This document shows positions 21,530 through 31,249 of a stretch of 64,000 bases of DNA, one piece after another. Positions within the stretch are counted from its first letter, which is position 1; each line of letters begins with the position of its first letter. This stretch comes from Pseudomonadota bacterium (lineage in GTDB: Bacteria > Pseudomonadota > Gammaproteobacteria > Acidiferrobacterales > UBA6901), in assembly GCA_021790335.1 (NCBI GenBank), contig JAJYEE010000001.1, positions 29,873 through 93,872 on the forward strand, read 5' to 3'. Position numbers and translations under genes: made by a program. The notes beneath the pieces are model-generated. The model was not told the origin of the DNA. It did no database searches and saw nothing but the letters and a program-made list of their open reading frames with translations.

Positions 21530-22672
21530 ATGCAACTGAGCGATGAAGACTTCTTGCGGCTGAACGTGCTGCTTGCTAACCCGATCGAGGCGGTCCGGGT
21601 AGACGAGCAGAACATGACGGTCCATGGGCTGCATGGAGAGCAGGAGGCGAAAGTCAGGCTCAGTCCTACAGGTCGCCCCGATCAATACCTGCGCTGCGTG
21701 CGTGAACTGCTCTCCGGGCACGTGCTTGGGTCGCCTGGCGGCTATCCGGCATTTCTGCAGCGCTGGACGCGCATGGGTCAGGCCCGTGATGCACGTCTTG
21801 CAGAACTTCTGATGCTTGGCGAACCGGAGGCGGTGGTTGCGGTTGCCGCTGCGGCCGGCCTCACCGATGAACTTGCCCGCCGTGCATGGTGGGCGCTGCC
21901 CACTCCGGAAATTGCACGCTGCATGCTGGCCCGCGAGTGCGTCGTCAAGGGCAGCATGGGAAAGGTGCTGGCGGAATATCTCGTTGAATATCTGCCGTTC
22001 GAGACGGAGCCGCTCGCGATCATTGCAACGGTGCGTCTGGTGCTGCAGCCGGGTCTGGTTGATGAAAGTGCCCGCCGGCGCATCTGGGAAAAAGGTCGGC
22101 ACAAGAATGTCTATCATCTCGGCTTTCTGGAGTCGACGCCGGATGCGCTGCCGGACGAGTCCCCAGCGCGCATCGACCTTGTTCAGCAGCAGGATGTCCT
22201 GGACCCGCTGGCTAATACGGGCAATGAGTATGCGGCGCAACTACTGCGCCTGCTGGACCGCCCAGGCCAAAGTTTCCTGGCGGTGTCCGAGCGCATACTG
22301 CGCAAGCCGGCCAGCCAGGAGGCAGCCATCTGCGTCATGAACGTCATCGGCAGCTATTTTCGCGGTTCGGCGCCGCTCGAGGAGCCGCCGCGCGACATGG
22401 ATGTGGCCATGGAGCGCGCACGGGCACAATATCAGAGCACGGCACAGGCAACCGCTGGCACCGGACCACTTGCGGATCTGGTGCAAGCCGCGCCTGGGCT
22501 GGAGCGTGAGATTGTTGCGCTGTTGGTCCTGTCCCAGATAAGCGAGGCATTGTTGAATCCAATTTTCTCGCATACTACCGCTGCTGGGACGGTCATGGTA
22601 AAAAAAATGGAGCCGCTGGTCGGTCCTATTCTTGAGCAGTACGCAGTGCTGCGTACTGCTGCTGGCTGCTAG
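21530..22672 (+). CDS. hypothetical protein (380 aa, predicted all-helical), third gene of the MoxR/VWA cluster
   Basis: Long uninterrupted ORF on the same strand, 35 nt after the VWA gene. I recognise no motif. Starts MQLSDEDFLRLNVLLANPIEAVRVDEQ. Confidence 0.65.
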   Translation: MQLSDEDFLRLNVLLANPIEAVRVDEQNMTVHGLHGEQEAKVRLSPTGRPDQYLRCVRELLSGHVLGSPGGYPAFLQRWTRMGQARDARLAELLMLGEPEAVVAVAAAAGLTDELARRAWWALPTPEIARCMLARECVVKGSMGKVLAEYLVEYLPFETEPLAIIATVRLVLQPGLVDESARRRIWEKGRHKNVYHLGFLESTPDALPDESPARIDLVQQQDVLDPLANTGNEYAAQLLRLLDRPGQSFLAVSERILRKPASQEAAICVMNVIGSYFRGSAPLEEPPRDMDVAMERARAQYQSTAQATAGTGPLADLVQAAPGLEREIVALLVLSQISEALLNPIFSHTTAAGTVMVKKMEPLVGPILEQYAVLRTAAGC

Positions 22673-23559
22673 GCCCCGTTTCCCTTGGAGGCACCGCTTT
22701 CATGCCTGGCGCATGCTTCAAGGCCTGCCTGCAGAGATGGATAGAGAAGCTCGATTCCGAGTTCTTCGCGCATTCGCCGGTTGTCAATACGACGTGACTC
22801 GTCAAGGTATGAAAGCATTTCCGGACTCAGGAAACGCCCAGCCTCTGCACGGCTCACTGTTGGTGGACGCGGCAGACCGACGGTATCGGCGACACGGTTA
22901 AAGTACTCAGTCATGGTTCCCGGACTTCCGTCGCTTGCATTATATATGGTATCCGCACGGCCCAGCTCAGCAGCTGCTACGCAGACTCTGGCAAGATCGT
23001 CGGCGTGGATACGATTCGCAAATCCACATTCGCCTTCGTTCACTACCGGCCGGCGTGAACGAATCGCGTCAACCGGAAGGCGCCCGACCCCGTAAATACC
23101 GGGCACACGCAGGATAACAATCGCCGCATCGTGCCTGCGCCCCCAGTCTCGCAGCACATTCTCCGCGTCCAGCCGGCGTCGGGCGCGTGCGGTCTGCGGG
23201 TTGACCGGCGTCTCCTCATCTACCCATGCGCCGCGACTGTCTCCATAGACGCCCGTGGTACTTATGTATACCACCCTGCGGGGTTTTGGCCCGTTTGACA
23301 GGGCGTCGAGCAAAGTACGCATGCGCGGGTCGGATTCGCCGACCCGCGGAGGCGGGGCGAAGTAATAAAGCAGGTCGCCGGATGCTGCGATGTGTGTGAG
23401 GGTTTCCGGCTTGTCGAGGTCGCCGAGCAGCGCTTCAATACCGCAAGCGCGCAGACGTTCGGCGCCTGAAACGCTGCGCGAAAGCGCCGTTACGCATGCA
23501 CCGCGCGCCCGCCATAGCGCAGCCACGCGCGCGCCGATATCGCCGCATCCTATGATCAT
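22669..23559 (-). CDS. NAD(P)-dependent epimerase/dehydratase-family (SDR) protein
   Basis: Rossmann motif MIIGCGDIGARVA at the chosen ATG (23559). YISTTGVYGD and a later ASDGSPGT segment. The ORF opens at 23685. Confidence 0.8.
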   Translation of the reverse strand: MIIGCGDIGARVAALWRARGACVTALSRSVSGAERLRACGIEALLGDLDKPETLTHIAASGDLLYYFAPPPRVGESDPRMRTLLDALSNGPKPRRVVYISTTGVYGDSRGAWVDEETPVNPQTARARRRLDAENVLRDWGRRHDAAIVILRVPGIYGVGRLPVDAIRSRRPVVNEGECGFANRIHADDLARVCVAAAELGRADTIYNASDGSPGTMTEYFNRVADTVGLPRPPTVSRAEAGRFLSPEMLSYLDESRRIDNRRMREELGIELLYPSLQAGLEACARHESGASKGNGA

Positions 23560-23673
23560 CACTTTGTTCACAGTCTTTCCTGAATCCGCGGTCGTGCTTT
23601 CGCGTAACAAGCATATCACCATGCGGATGGCGAATTGAACAGCATCTGAAACGGCACTGCCTGCAGTGGATGT

Positions 23674-26265
23674 TTGTGGCATCATTGCGGTAACGCGCCG
23701 AATGTGCGCCGGTCTCGGATAGGTAACGTGCCGCAGGATTCCGACTTCTCGGGTATATCGGGGCTAGCTCCGCAGGTGGCGGCGGCGCGGCTTGTTGCGG
23801 AAGGTTACAACGAACTGCCATCGGCGCGTCCGCGCACATTCTTGGCAATCGCGCTGAGTGTTGTACGCGAGCCGATGTTTTTGTTGCTGCTTGCATGCGG
23901 CACGATATACCTGGTGCTCGGTGACATGCGGGAAGCGCTTATGCTTCTGGCATTCGTCGGCGTGGTGATGGGGATAACGCTCTATCAGGAGCGCAAGACC
24001 GAACGGGCGCTGGATGCACTGCGCAATCTGTCGAGTCCGCGGGCTCTGGTCATCCGCGGCGGTCAGACGCAGCGCATACCTGGTCGCGAGGTGGTTCGTG
24101 GCGACATACTGATACTGTCCGAGGGTGACCGGGTGCCAGCGGACGCGCGCGTCCTCATGAGCAGCAACCTCGAAACCGATGAATCTCTGCTGACCGGGGA
24201 ATCGGTCCCGGTGCGCAAGCGTGAGCACGATGGCAGTGCTGCAGAACCGCCCCGCCCTGGCGGTGATGATCTGCCGTATGTATACGCAAGTACTCTCGTA
24301 GTGCAAGGCAAGGGCTTGGTCGAAGTTCAGGCGATCGGAGTACACACTCAAATCGGCCGCATCGGTCGCGCACTGCAGACGCTCAAGCAGGAGGACACCA
24401 CTCTGCAGCAGGAGACCGCGCGTTTGGTCCGCCTGCTTGCCGTCATCGGGTTGATCCTGTGCGTCGTCGTGGCTGTCGCCTACGGACTCAGTCGCGGTGA
24501 CTGGCTGCACGGCCTCTTGGCCGGTCTGACAATGGCCATGGCAATTCTCCCAGAGGAGTTTCCGGTCGTTCTGACGGTGTTCCTTGCGCTAGGCGCTTGG
24601 CGCATCTCGCAGCGCCGTGTTCTTACGCGCCGCATGGCAGCCGTGGAAATGCTGGGGGCAGCGACCGTTCTGTGTGTCGACAAGACCGGCACGCTTACCC
24701 AAAACCGAATGTCCGTGAGGAAGCTGTGTACGAGCAGCGGATGCTGGGATCTCGATGTGTCAAACGGGGCGTTGGCGGAGCCATTCCACGAACTCGTCGA
24801 GTACGCCATCCTAGCGAGCCAGCGCGATCCATTCGATCCGATGGAGCAGGCGCTGCGTGGGCTGGGAAAAACTGCTTTGAGCGACACCGAGCATCTGCAT
24901 GACGATTGGTCACTGGTGCGCGCGTACCCGCTGTCGCGGGAGCTGCTGGCCCTGTCGCAGGTATGGCGCGCACGTAACGGACAGCGCTACGTGGTCGCTG
25001 CCAAGGGTGCACCCGAAGCAATCGCCGACCTGTGCCATTTGAGCGAAGCGGTGACAGGGAAGCTGATGCAAGACGTGATCACGCTGGCCAGCGAAGGTTT
25101 GAGGGTTATCGGAGTGGCAAAAGCTTGGTTTCAGACGCCGGACCTGCCGCGGGAACAGCACGATTTTGCGTTTGATTTCGTGGGCCTGATCGGCCTTGCC
25201 GATCCCATCCGGCCGTCGGTACCGGACGCGGTGGCAGCCTGTTATGCCGCGGGCATCCGCGTCGTAATGATCACCGGCGATTATCCCGTCACGGCACGCA
25301 GCATTGCCAGGCAGATCGGTCTGAAACCGGCTGAAGCTGTCATTACCGGTCCGGAACTCGATGCCCTGAGCGGCAATGATCTGCGTGAACGCGTCAAGAC
25401 CGTCAGCATTTTTGCCCGAGTGACTCCGGAGCAGAAGCTGCGACTTGTGCAGGTGCTCAAGGAAAACGGCGAAATCGTCGCCATGACCGGAGATGGCGTC
25501 AACGATGCCCCTGCGCTCAAGGCTGCACATATCGGGGTGGCTATGGGCGGTCGTGGCACGGATGTCGCGCGTGAATCGGCCGCGCTGGTACTGTTGGATG
25601 ATGACTTCTCATCCATCGTGGATGCTGTGGGAGTCGGTCGCAGGATCTCCGACAATCTACGCAAGGCCATGGCCTATATTGTCGCCGTGCATGTACCGAT
25701 CATCGGCCTGTCTCTCATTCCGGTGTTCTGGCGATGGCCGCTTATATTAATGCCTGTGCACATTGTATTTCTGGAACTGGTCATTGATCCGACATGCTCG
25801 ATTGTCTTCGAGGCAGAAGGCGCGGAGACTAACGCAATGCAGCGTCCGCCGCGTGACTCGAAGGCGGCACTGTTCGGCCGCGCCTCGATCATTCTCAGCG
25901 CCTTGCAGGGCCTAGCGGTACTGGCTGTCGTGCTCGCAATATTCGTGCTGGCGCGACATGCGGGGTTGGGAGAAAGGGAGGCGCGCACGCTCAGCTTCGT
26001 GGCGCTCGTGATAGGGGATTTGGCGCTGATTTTCACGAACCTGTCCTGGTCGCGATCGGCTGTGGCGGTTCTGCGTTCACCCAACCCTGCGCTGTGGTGG
26101 GTGGTGGCCGCAGCCATGGGGTTCCTGAGCGTTGTAGTCTACGTACCGGCGCTGAGTTCCCTATTCCGCCTCGAGGCGATCAGCGTTCGGTATTTCCTGC
26201 TGAGCGCGGTTTCCGGCATGGCGAGCGTGCTTTGGTTCGAAGTCTACAAGCGCTGGCGTCGCTGA
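23674..26265 (+). CDS. cation-transporting P-type ATPase (P2, Ca2+/Mg2+-type)
   Basis: TGES, phosphorylation site CVDKTGTLTQNRM, MITGDYPVTA, hinge TGDGVNDAPALKAAHIGVAMG, and about 10 TM helices. The start is uncertain: TTG at 23674 or GTG at 23704/23728. Confidence 0.9.
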   Translation: MWHHCGNAPNVRRSRIGNVPQDSDFSGISGLAPQVAAARLVAEGYNELPSARPRTFLAIALSVVREPMFLLLLACGTIYLVLGDMREALMLLAFVGVVMGITLYQERKTERALDALRNLSSPRALVIRGGQTQRIPGREVVRGDILILSEGDRVPADARVLMSSNLETDESLLTGESVPVRKREHDGSAAEPPRPGGDDLPYVYASTLVVQGKGLVEVQAIGVHTQIGRIGRALQTLKQEDTTLQQETARLVRLLAVIGLILCVVVAVAYGLSRGDWLHGLLAGLTMAMAILPEEFPVVLTVFLALGAWRISQRRVLTRRMAAVEMLGAATVLCVDKTGTLTQNRMSVRKLCTSSGCWDLDVSNGALAEPFHELVEYAILASQRDPFDPMEQALRGLGKTALSDTEHLHDDWSLVRAYPLSRELLALSQVWRARNGQRYVVAAKGAPEAIADLCHLSEAVTGKLMQDVITLASEGLRVIGVAKAWFQTPDLPREQHDFAFDFVGLIGLADPIRPSVPDAVAACYAAGIRVVMITGDYPVTARSIARQIGLKPAEAVITGPELDALSGNDLRERVKTVSIFARVTPEQKLRLVQVLKENGEIVAMTGDGVNDAPALKAAHIGVAMGGRGTDVARESAALVLLDDDFSSIVDAVGVGRRISDNLRKAMAYIVAVHVPIIGLSLIPVFWRWPLILMPVHIVFLELVIDPTCSIVFEAEGAETNAMQRPPRDSKAALFGRASIILSALQGLAVLAVVLAIFVLARHAGLGEREARTLSFVALVIGDLALIFTNLSWSRSAVAVLRSPNPALWWVVAAAMGFLSVVVYVPALSSLFRLEAISVRYFLLSAVSGMASVLWFEVYKRWRR

Positions 26266-26471
26266 CGGCGGAAGTCCCTACAGGCCGGTATCAATTCATT
26301 TTGTAGTGTAGTCATTTGTGCATGTTTCGAGTACGGTGGTCAATCCGAGCGACGGAAGCATTTGCAGGTGCGAGGCAACTGTACCGTGGAATGCCGAAAC
26401 CAGCCTATAATGTGGTCAAATATGCGATATTAGAATTTTTTCCTAGCTTCCGTGTCTTCAAACAGCATGCC

Positions 26472-27512
26472 ATGTCATTCATAGAGAATTGGAACGAAGA
26501 GAGGAAATCGTCGTATCTTTACCGGATCATGGCGTTGGCCGAGTACGACTCGGTGAAGTCGGCGCTTTTCGAAAACCTTGCGCGCGCGGCTGATAGCCAG
26601 GCCAGAATCTGGGAGGACAAGATACGTCAAAGCGGGACCACACCGCCAATGGATTACTCGCCTTCGCTGCGGGTTGTCCTTGTTGCATTTCTAATCCGCC
26701 GCTTGGGACCGCGCCGGCTGCGCCCGGTACTTGCAGCGCTCAAGGTGCGCGGGATGTCGGTTTACGGGGCGGGAGCGCTTGTTGGCGGCCACCCCATGCC
26801 GGCTTCGGTGGAGGATATCGGTCATCGGCACGTCGGCATAGGCGGCGGCGGAAAATTGCGGGCGGCGGTGTTCGGAATCAATGACGGCTTGGTGTCGAAT
26901 ACAAGTCTGATCATGGGTGTGGCTGGTGCGGTCACCGACGTCAGGTTCATTCTGCTCTCGGGTGTTGCGGGCCTTCTTGCCGGTGCATTCTCCATGGCGG
27001 CGGGAGAGTATGTCTCGGTGCGCTCGCAGCGGGAAATGTATGAATATCAAATAGGACTGGAGCGTGAGGAACTCGACGAGTATCCGGAGGAAGAGGCGGA
27101 AGAACTCGCATTGATTTACAGCGCGCGCGGCCTGTCTCTGGAGGAAGCGCGGCATGTGGCGCACGAAATGGTCAAGGATCGTGAACATGCCATTGATACT
27201 CTTGCGCGCGAGGAACTGGGGCTCAATCCGGATAATCTCGGTTCGGCATGGGAGGCAGCATCATCGTCTTTTGTGGCTTTCGCCGTGGGCAGCGTCATTC
27301 CGCTGGCACCATTTGTGCTGGGTTTCGGAAATCGCGCCCTGCCGATTGCCGCGGTATTGGTAGCTGTTGCTTTGTTTTCCGTAGGTGCATTGCTCAGTCT
27401 TTTTACGGGACGGCGTGCCTGGCACAGTGGCCTGCGCATGGTGCTTATCGGCGGTGCCGCTGCGATTGCAACTTTCCTGATCGGAAAGCTGCTGGGCGTG
27501 ACGCTTTCCTGA
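26472..27512 (+). CDS. VIT1/CCC1-family iron/manganese transporter with N-terminal ferritin-like domain
   Basis: FGINDGLVSNTSLIMGVAGA, AGEYVSVRSQRE, and C-terminal TM helices. N-terminal helical domain MSFIENWNEERKSSYLYR. The ORF opens at 26316. Confidence 0.85.
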   Translation: MSFIENWNEERKSSYLYRIMALAEYDSVKSALFENLARAADSQARIWEDKIRQSGTTPPMDYSPSLRVVLVAFLIRRLGPRRLRPVLAALKVRGMSVYGAGALVGGHPMPASVEDIGHRHVGIGGGGKLRAAVFGINDGLVSNTSLIMGVAGAVTDVRFILLSGVAGLLAGAFSMAAGEYVSVRSQREMYEYQIGLEREELDEYPEEEAEELALIYSARGLSLEEARHVAHEMVKDREHAIDTLAREELGLNPDNLGSAWEAASSSFVAFAVGSVIPLAPFVLGFGNRALPIAAVLVAVALFSVGALLSLFTGRRAWHSGLRMVLIGGAAAIATFLIGKLLGVTLS

Positions 27513-28254
27513 CATGCAGGAGCTGCAACAGCGGCGATGGCTGCGAGACAGACACCGTGGTCGTCACAGGGAGCGGCAACGATAATGTGACGGCAACCAG
27601 CGCCTGTCCTGACGACGACTATTGCCGAGCTCTTCGGTTTCCCCGCGCCATTTTCCTGAAATCACGGCTAGAATTTTTCACTTGCCAGTCTTGGCGAGAT
27701 TTCTTATTCTTTTTCTTCGCACACTTTTCGTGCTTTTTGTCGCGGCAAGACGCGGTGCAATGCCGGCAGCGCGATGGATCGTTGCTGCGAATGGTTGCGA
27801 AATGCTATGAGCCTAGCCAATTGGAGGGGTTGCTTGCGTCTGCGGGGTCTTTGCTATTGTGGGTGGCTGACTCCCGGCTTCTTCCATGTTCGGCCAGGCC
27901 CCATGCCAACGCCTGTGCGGTAAGGATGTTCGCGTTGGCGCAGATTCCAACGTGCGGCCAGCGGCGAAGGCATGATGATAGTCGCGCCTTCATGGCGACT
28001 GCCTGAGACACTGGGAAGCCGGTGGTGTAGGCCCGATGACAGCGGCAGCCAGGCCATGTGCCCTGCTCCAGCCGGGTTTTATGACAGGCAGGGCCGCTTC
28101 GGCGTCACGAATTCGGTATCTGCCGAGCGACGGTGGTACCGGGGCTCGGGAGATAAGCAGGTCGGGACAACATCGTTTTGCGTGGTCAAATTTTCTGGGA
28201 ACTATTGCTGCAGGATGAACCCCGATTGGCGACATCATGAGGCTAGGGTAACAG

Positions 28255-28662
28255 GTGATCAGAAAACTCATCATTGCAACGCATGGGCAGGGCTTGCATG
28301 AGATCACTCCGGCGGTCGAGGATGTGGTGCGGGAAGGTGGCATGGACGAAGGGCTGTGTACGATTTTCGTCCAGCACACTTCGGCCAGCCTAATCGTGCA
28401 GGAGAATGCCGATCCCTCCGTATGTCGTGATCTCGAACGCTGGTTGAGCCGCCTGATTCCCGAGGGCGATTCACTGTACACGCACAACTCTGAGGGCGCT
28501 GACGACATGCCGGCGCATGTCAAGGCTGCACTCACGACAAGTAGTATTTCCATACCGATTACCGATGGCAGATTGAGTCTTGGAACCTGGCAGGGCGTCT
28601 ATTTGTGGGAACACCGCCGCCGTAAGTCGTCGCGGAAAGTAGTGGTGCATGTCCAGCGCTGA
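28255..28662 (+). CDS. yjbQ: YjbQ/UPF0047 family protein (secondary thiamine-phosphate synthase family)
   Basis: GLCTIFVQHTSASLIVQEN, GADDMPAHVKAAL, GRLSLGTWQGVYLWEHR. GTG start. Confidence 0.85.
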   Translation: MIRKLIIATHGQGLHEITPAVEDVVREGGMDEGLCTIFVQHTSASLIVQENADPSVCRDLERWLSRLIPEGDSLYTHNSEGADDMPAHVKAALTTSSISIPITDGRLSLGTWQGVYLWEHRRRKSSRKVVVHVQR

Positions 28663-28794
28663 AGCCGGGTTGTCCTAAGCCGCCCCCGAAAGATTTGTCA
28701 GCGGAGGGATGGGCGTTTAGGATATTGGAACGCCTGATGTGGACTCTGATGGAAGCGCAGCTGTAGGGCGCGTCAATCGAAGGACGGTGGAAAA

Positions 28795-30114
28795 ATGAAC
28801 AAGAATAAGGCCCAGTTCCTTAACGAACCATCATTTTCCGATGGCGTGCAATCCGCGGACACGGGCATTCGTTCCGATCACGTTCGCGAGCACAACTTCT
28901 CAATGCGTCCTGTGTTCGGGGTAGATCGGCAAATATTGATGTTGCTGCTGAAGACGATGGGAAATCCGCCGGTCAGGTTTTTGCTTTGGAATGGCGAAGA
29001 GGTTTCAGGTGGTGCAGATGCACCAATAGCGCAGGTTTTCGTTGCCGACCGTACGGCACTGCTTCGTCTGGTCGTCAATCCCGACCTCCACTTCGGCGAC
29101 TGTTACAGTTCCGGCCGTGTCGATGTCGATGGGGATCTGGTTGAGTTTCTCGAGGCCGTTTATCGTGCATCTGCTGCTGTGCCAGCCGGCAGCTTGTTGC
29201 AGCGCCTGATTTCACGCACTGGCGATGCACGCCCAAATACTCCTGCGGGGTCGCGTGACAATATCCACAGACACTATGATATCGGCAACGACTTTTACCG
29301 TCTGTGGCTGGATGAGCAGATGGTTTATACCTGTGCGTATTTCAAGGATTCAGGCGCGACGCTTGAACAGGCGCAGGTTGCAAAGATGGATCATGTATGC
29401 CGGAAGCTGCGCCTTCAGGCAGGTGAGACCGTGGTCGAGGCCGGCTGTGGGTGGGGGTCTCTAGCGCGCCACATGGCGCGGCACTATGGCGTTAAGGTTA
29501 AGGCATACAATATTTCGCACGAGCAGGTCGTATATGCGCGGGAAATGGCGAAGGCCGATGGTTTAGAAGGGCATGTCGAATATATCGAAGACGATTATCG
29601 TAATATTTCAGGCGATTTCGATGCCTTTGTATCGGTCGGTATGCTGGAGCACGTCGGGGCCGATCACTATCGCGAGTTGGGTGACGTCGTTCACCGTTGT
29701 CTCAGGGACAGTGGTCGTGGGCTTATTCATTCAATCGGGCGCAATCGGGCAAAGCCAATGAATGCCTGGATCGAAAAGCGCATCTTTCCGGGAGCCTACC
29801 CGCCGACTTTGGCGGAGATGATGCAAATACTGGAGCCCTGGGAGTATTCGGTGCTCGATGTTGAGAACCTTCGCCTGCATTATGCCCGAACTCTGGAGCA
29901 CTGGTTGTGGCGATTCGAAAAGGTTTCGGACCGCGTTGCAGCAATGTTCGATGAGAGCTTCGTGCGTGCCTGGCGCCTTTATCTGGCGGGATCCATTGCG
30001 GCATTCCGTGTAAGTGACATGCAGCTTTTTCAGGTGGTTTTTGCTCCGCGCAACAATAACGATATTCCGTGGACGCGCGAACATGTTTATGTGCCGGAGC
30101 TGCCGGGGGGCTGA
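28795..30114 (+). CDS. cfa: cyclopropane-fatty-acyl-phospholipid synthase family SAM methyltransferase
   Basis: HYDIGNDFYRLWLDEQMVYTCAYF, SAM motif VVEAGCGWGSLA, FVSVGMLEHVG, IFPGAYPPTL. Confidence 0.9.
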   Translation: MNKNKAQFLNEPSFSDGVQSADTGIRSDHVREHNFSMRPVFGVDRQILMLLLKTMGNPPVRFLLWNGEEVSGGADAPIAQVFVADRTALLRLVVNPDLHFGDCYSSGRVDVDGDLVEFLEAVYRASAAVPAGSLLQRLISRTGDARPNTPAGSRDNIHRHYDIGNDFYRLWLDEQMVYTCAYFKDSGATLEQAQVAKMDHVCRKLRLQAGETVVEAGCGWGSLARHMARHYGVKVKAYNISHEQVVYAREMAKADGLEGHVEYIEDDYRNISGDFDAFVSVGMLEHVGADHYRELGDVVHRCLRDSGRGLIHSIGRNRAKPMNAWIEKRIFPGAYPPTLAEMMQILEPWEYSVLDVENLRLHYARTLEHWLWRFEKVSDRVAAMFDESFVRAWRLYLAGSIAAFRVSDMQLFQVVFAPRNNNDIPWTREHVYVPELPGG

Positions 30115-30117
30115 ACC

Positions 30118-31128
30118 TTGGAATCTAGCGAGGTTCTGATTGTCGGTGGCGGGCCCGCGGGCTCGAGCTGCGCATGGAAACTAGCGCGCCACGGAGTGGA
30201 TTGCCGGGTGCTGGACGCCCAGAACTTTCCGCGTACCAAACTCTGTGCGGGCTGGATTACGCCAGAAGTCGTGCGTGATCTGGAAATCGATATCCGTGAT
30301 TATCCGCATCGTTTTCTTTCCTTTGACCGTCTCCACATCCACCTTTTTGGACTTGGCTTCCGTGTGAACGGCGTACAGCACTCGATCAGGCGCTTTGAAT
30401 TCGATGACTGGCTGCTAAAGCGCTCTGGGGTTCCGTTCGCGAATCACAATGTGCGCGACATCAGGAAAGAGGGTGAATACTACGTGGTCGACGACCAGTA
30501 TCGGGCACGATACCTGATCGGCGCCGGCGGAACGAAGTGCCCCGTGTATCGTACTCTGTTTCGCAACGCAAATCCTCGTGCCAAAGAGCTGCAGACGGTG
30601 ACACTGGAACAGGAGTTTCCCTACGACTACCGGGACGGGGGCTGCCACCTGTGGTTCTTCGAAAGGGGGTTCCCTGGCTACTCCTGGTATGTTCCGAAGG
30701 CGCAAGGGTATCTCAACGTCGGGCTCGGGGGAATGGCTAGCCAGCTCAAGTATCGCGGCGAGGACATCTGGGGCCATTGGGAAAACCTGGTGCTTCGTCT
30801 GAAACGTTCCGGCATGGTTTTCGACGGAAGTTTTGATCCCAAGGGTTACAGCTATTACCTTCGGTCGGACGTAAGTGTCGGCCGTGTCGACAACGCCTTC
30901 ATAGTCGGTGATTCAGCCGGCCTGGCAACCCGCGATCTTTGTGAGGGTATTGGCCCGGCAGTACGAAGCGGGCTTATGGCTGCGGATGCGATCCTGTCGG
31001 ATACGGAATATTCGCTCGCAGCCATTTCGCGATATACCAGCGATAGAAGCCTGGTATATCGATCACTCGAGTTCATGTTCATTGAGCGTGAACGCAAGCG
31101 GCTCGCGCGCGCTGACGTCGCAGCCTGA
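30118..31128 (+). CDS. FAD-dependent oxidoreductase (geranylgeranyl-reductase-like)
   Basis: TTG start 3 nt after the cfa stop. Dinucleotide fold VLIVGGGPAGSSCAWKLARHG and a later GDSAGLATRDLCEGI. Confidence 0.8.
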   Translation: MESSEVLIVGGGPAGSSCAWKLARHGVDCRVLDAQNFPRTKLCAGWITPEVVRDLEIDIRDYPHRFLSFDRLHIHLFGLGFRVNGVQHSIRRFEFDDWLLKRSGVPFANHNVRDIRKEGEYYVVDDQYRARYLIGAGGTKCPVYRTLFRNANPRAKELQTVTLEQEFPYDYRDGGCHLWFFERGFPGYSWYVPKAQGYLNVGLGGMASQLKYRGEDIWGHWENLVLRLKRSGMVFDGSFDPKGYSYYLRSDVSVGRVDNAFIVGDSAGLATRDLCEGIGPAVRSGLMAADAILSDTEYSLAAISRYTSDRSLVYRSLEFMFIERERKRLARADVAA

Positions 31129-31249
31129 ACGCTGGTAATTCGCTGTTCCGGGGCAAATCTGCGATGCCGCGGTCGCTTCAGATCGCTGCGCAGACACCGC
31201 TGCCACGATAGCGGTATAATTCGCAGTCCACGCCAAAACGTCAGGTTCC

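Noticed and set aside
19064-21615. 384-aa and 503-aa minus-strand ORFs (19064-20218, 20104-21615)
   Set aside because: They are antisense shadows of the MoxR and VWA genes. Their composition is Arg/Pro/His-rich with no RBS or motifs.
26404-26432. ATAATG..ATATGCGATATTAGAAT upstream of the VIT transporter, considered as a Fur box
   Set aside because: My best alignment to GATAATGATAATCATTATC gave only about 10 of 19 matches.
27248-28006. 252-aa + strand ORF spanning the VIT gene end and the spacer
   Set aside because: It overlaps the 3' end of the VIT transporter out of frame. It is Cys/Arg-rich with no RBS. The same applies to 27990-28553 (-), which is antisense to yjbQ.
28001-28012. CTGAGA motif, considered as a TPP riboswitch core because yjbQ belongs to a thiamine-phosphate synthase family
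   Set aside because: The other THI-box elements (the ACCCTTTGAACCTGATCTGGATAATGCC-type segment) are absent.
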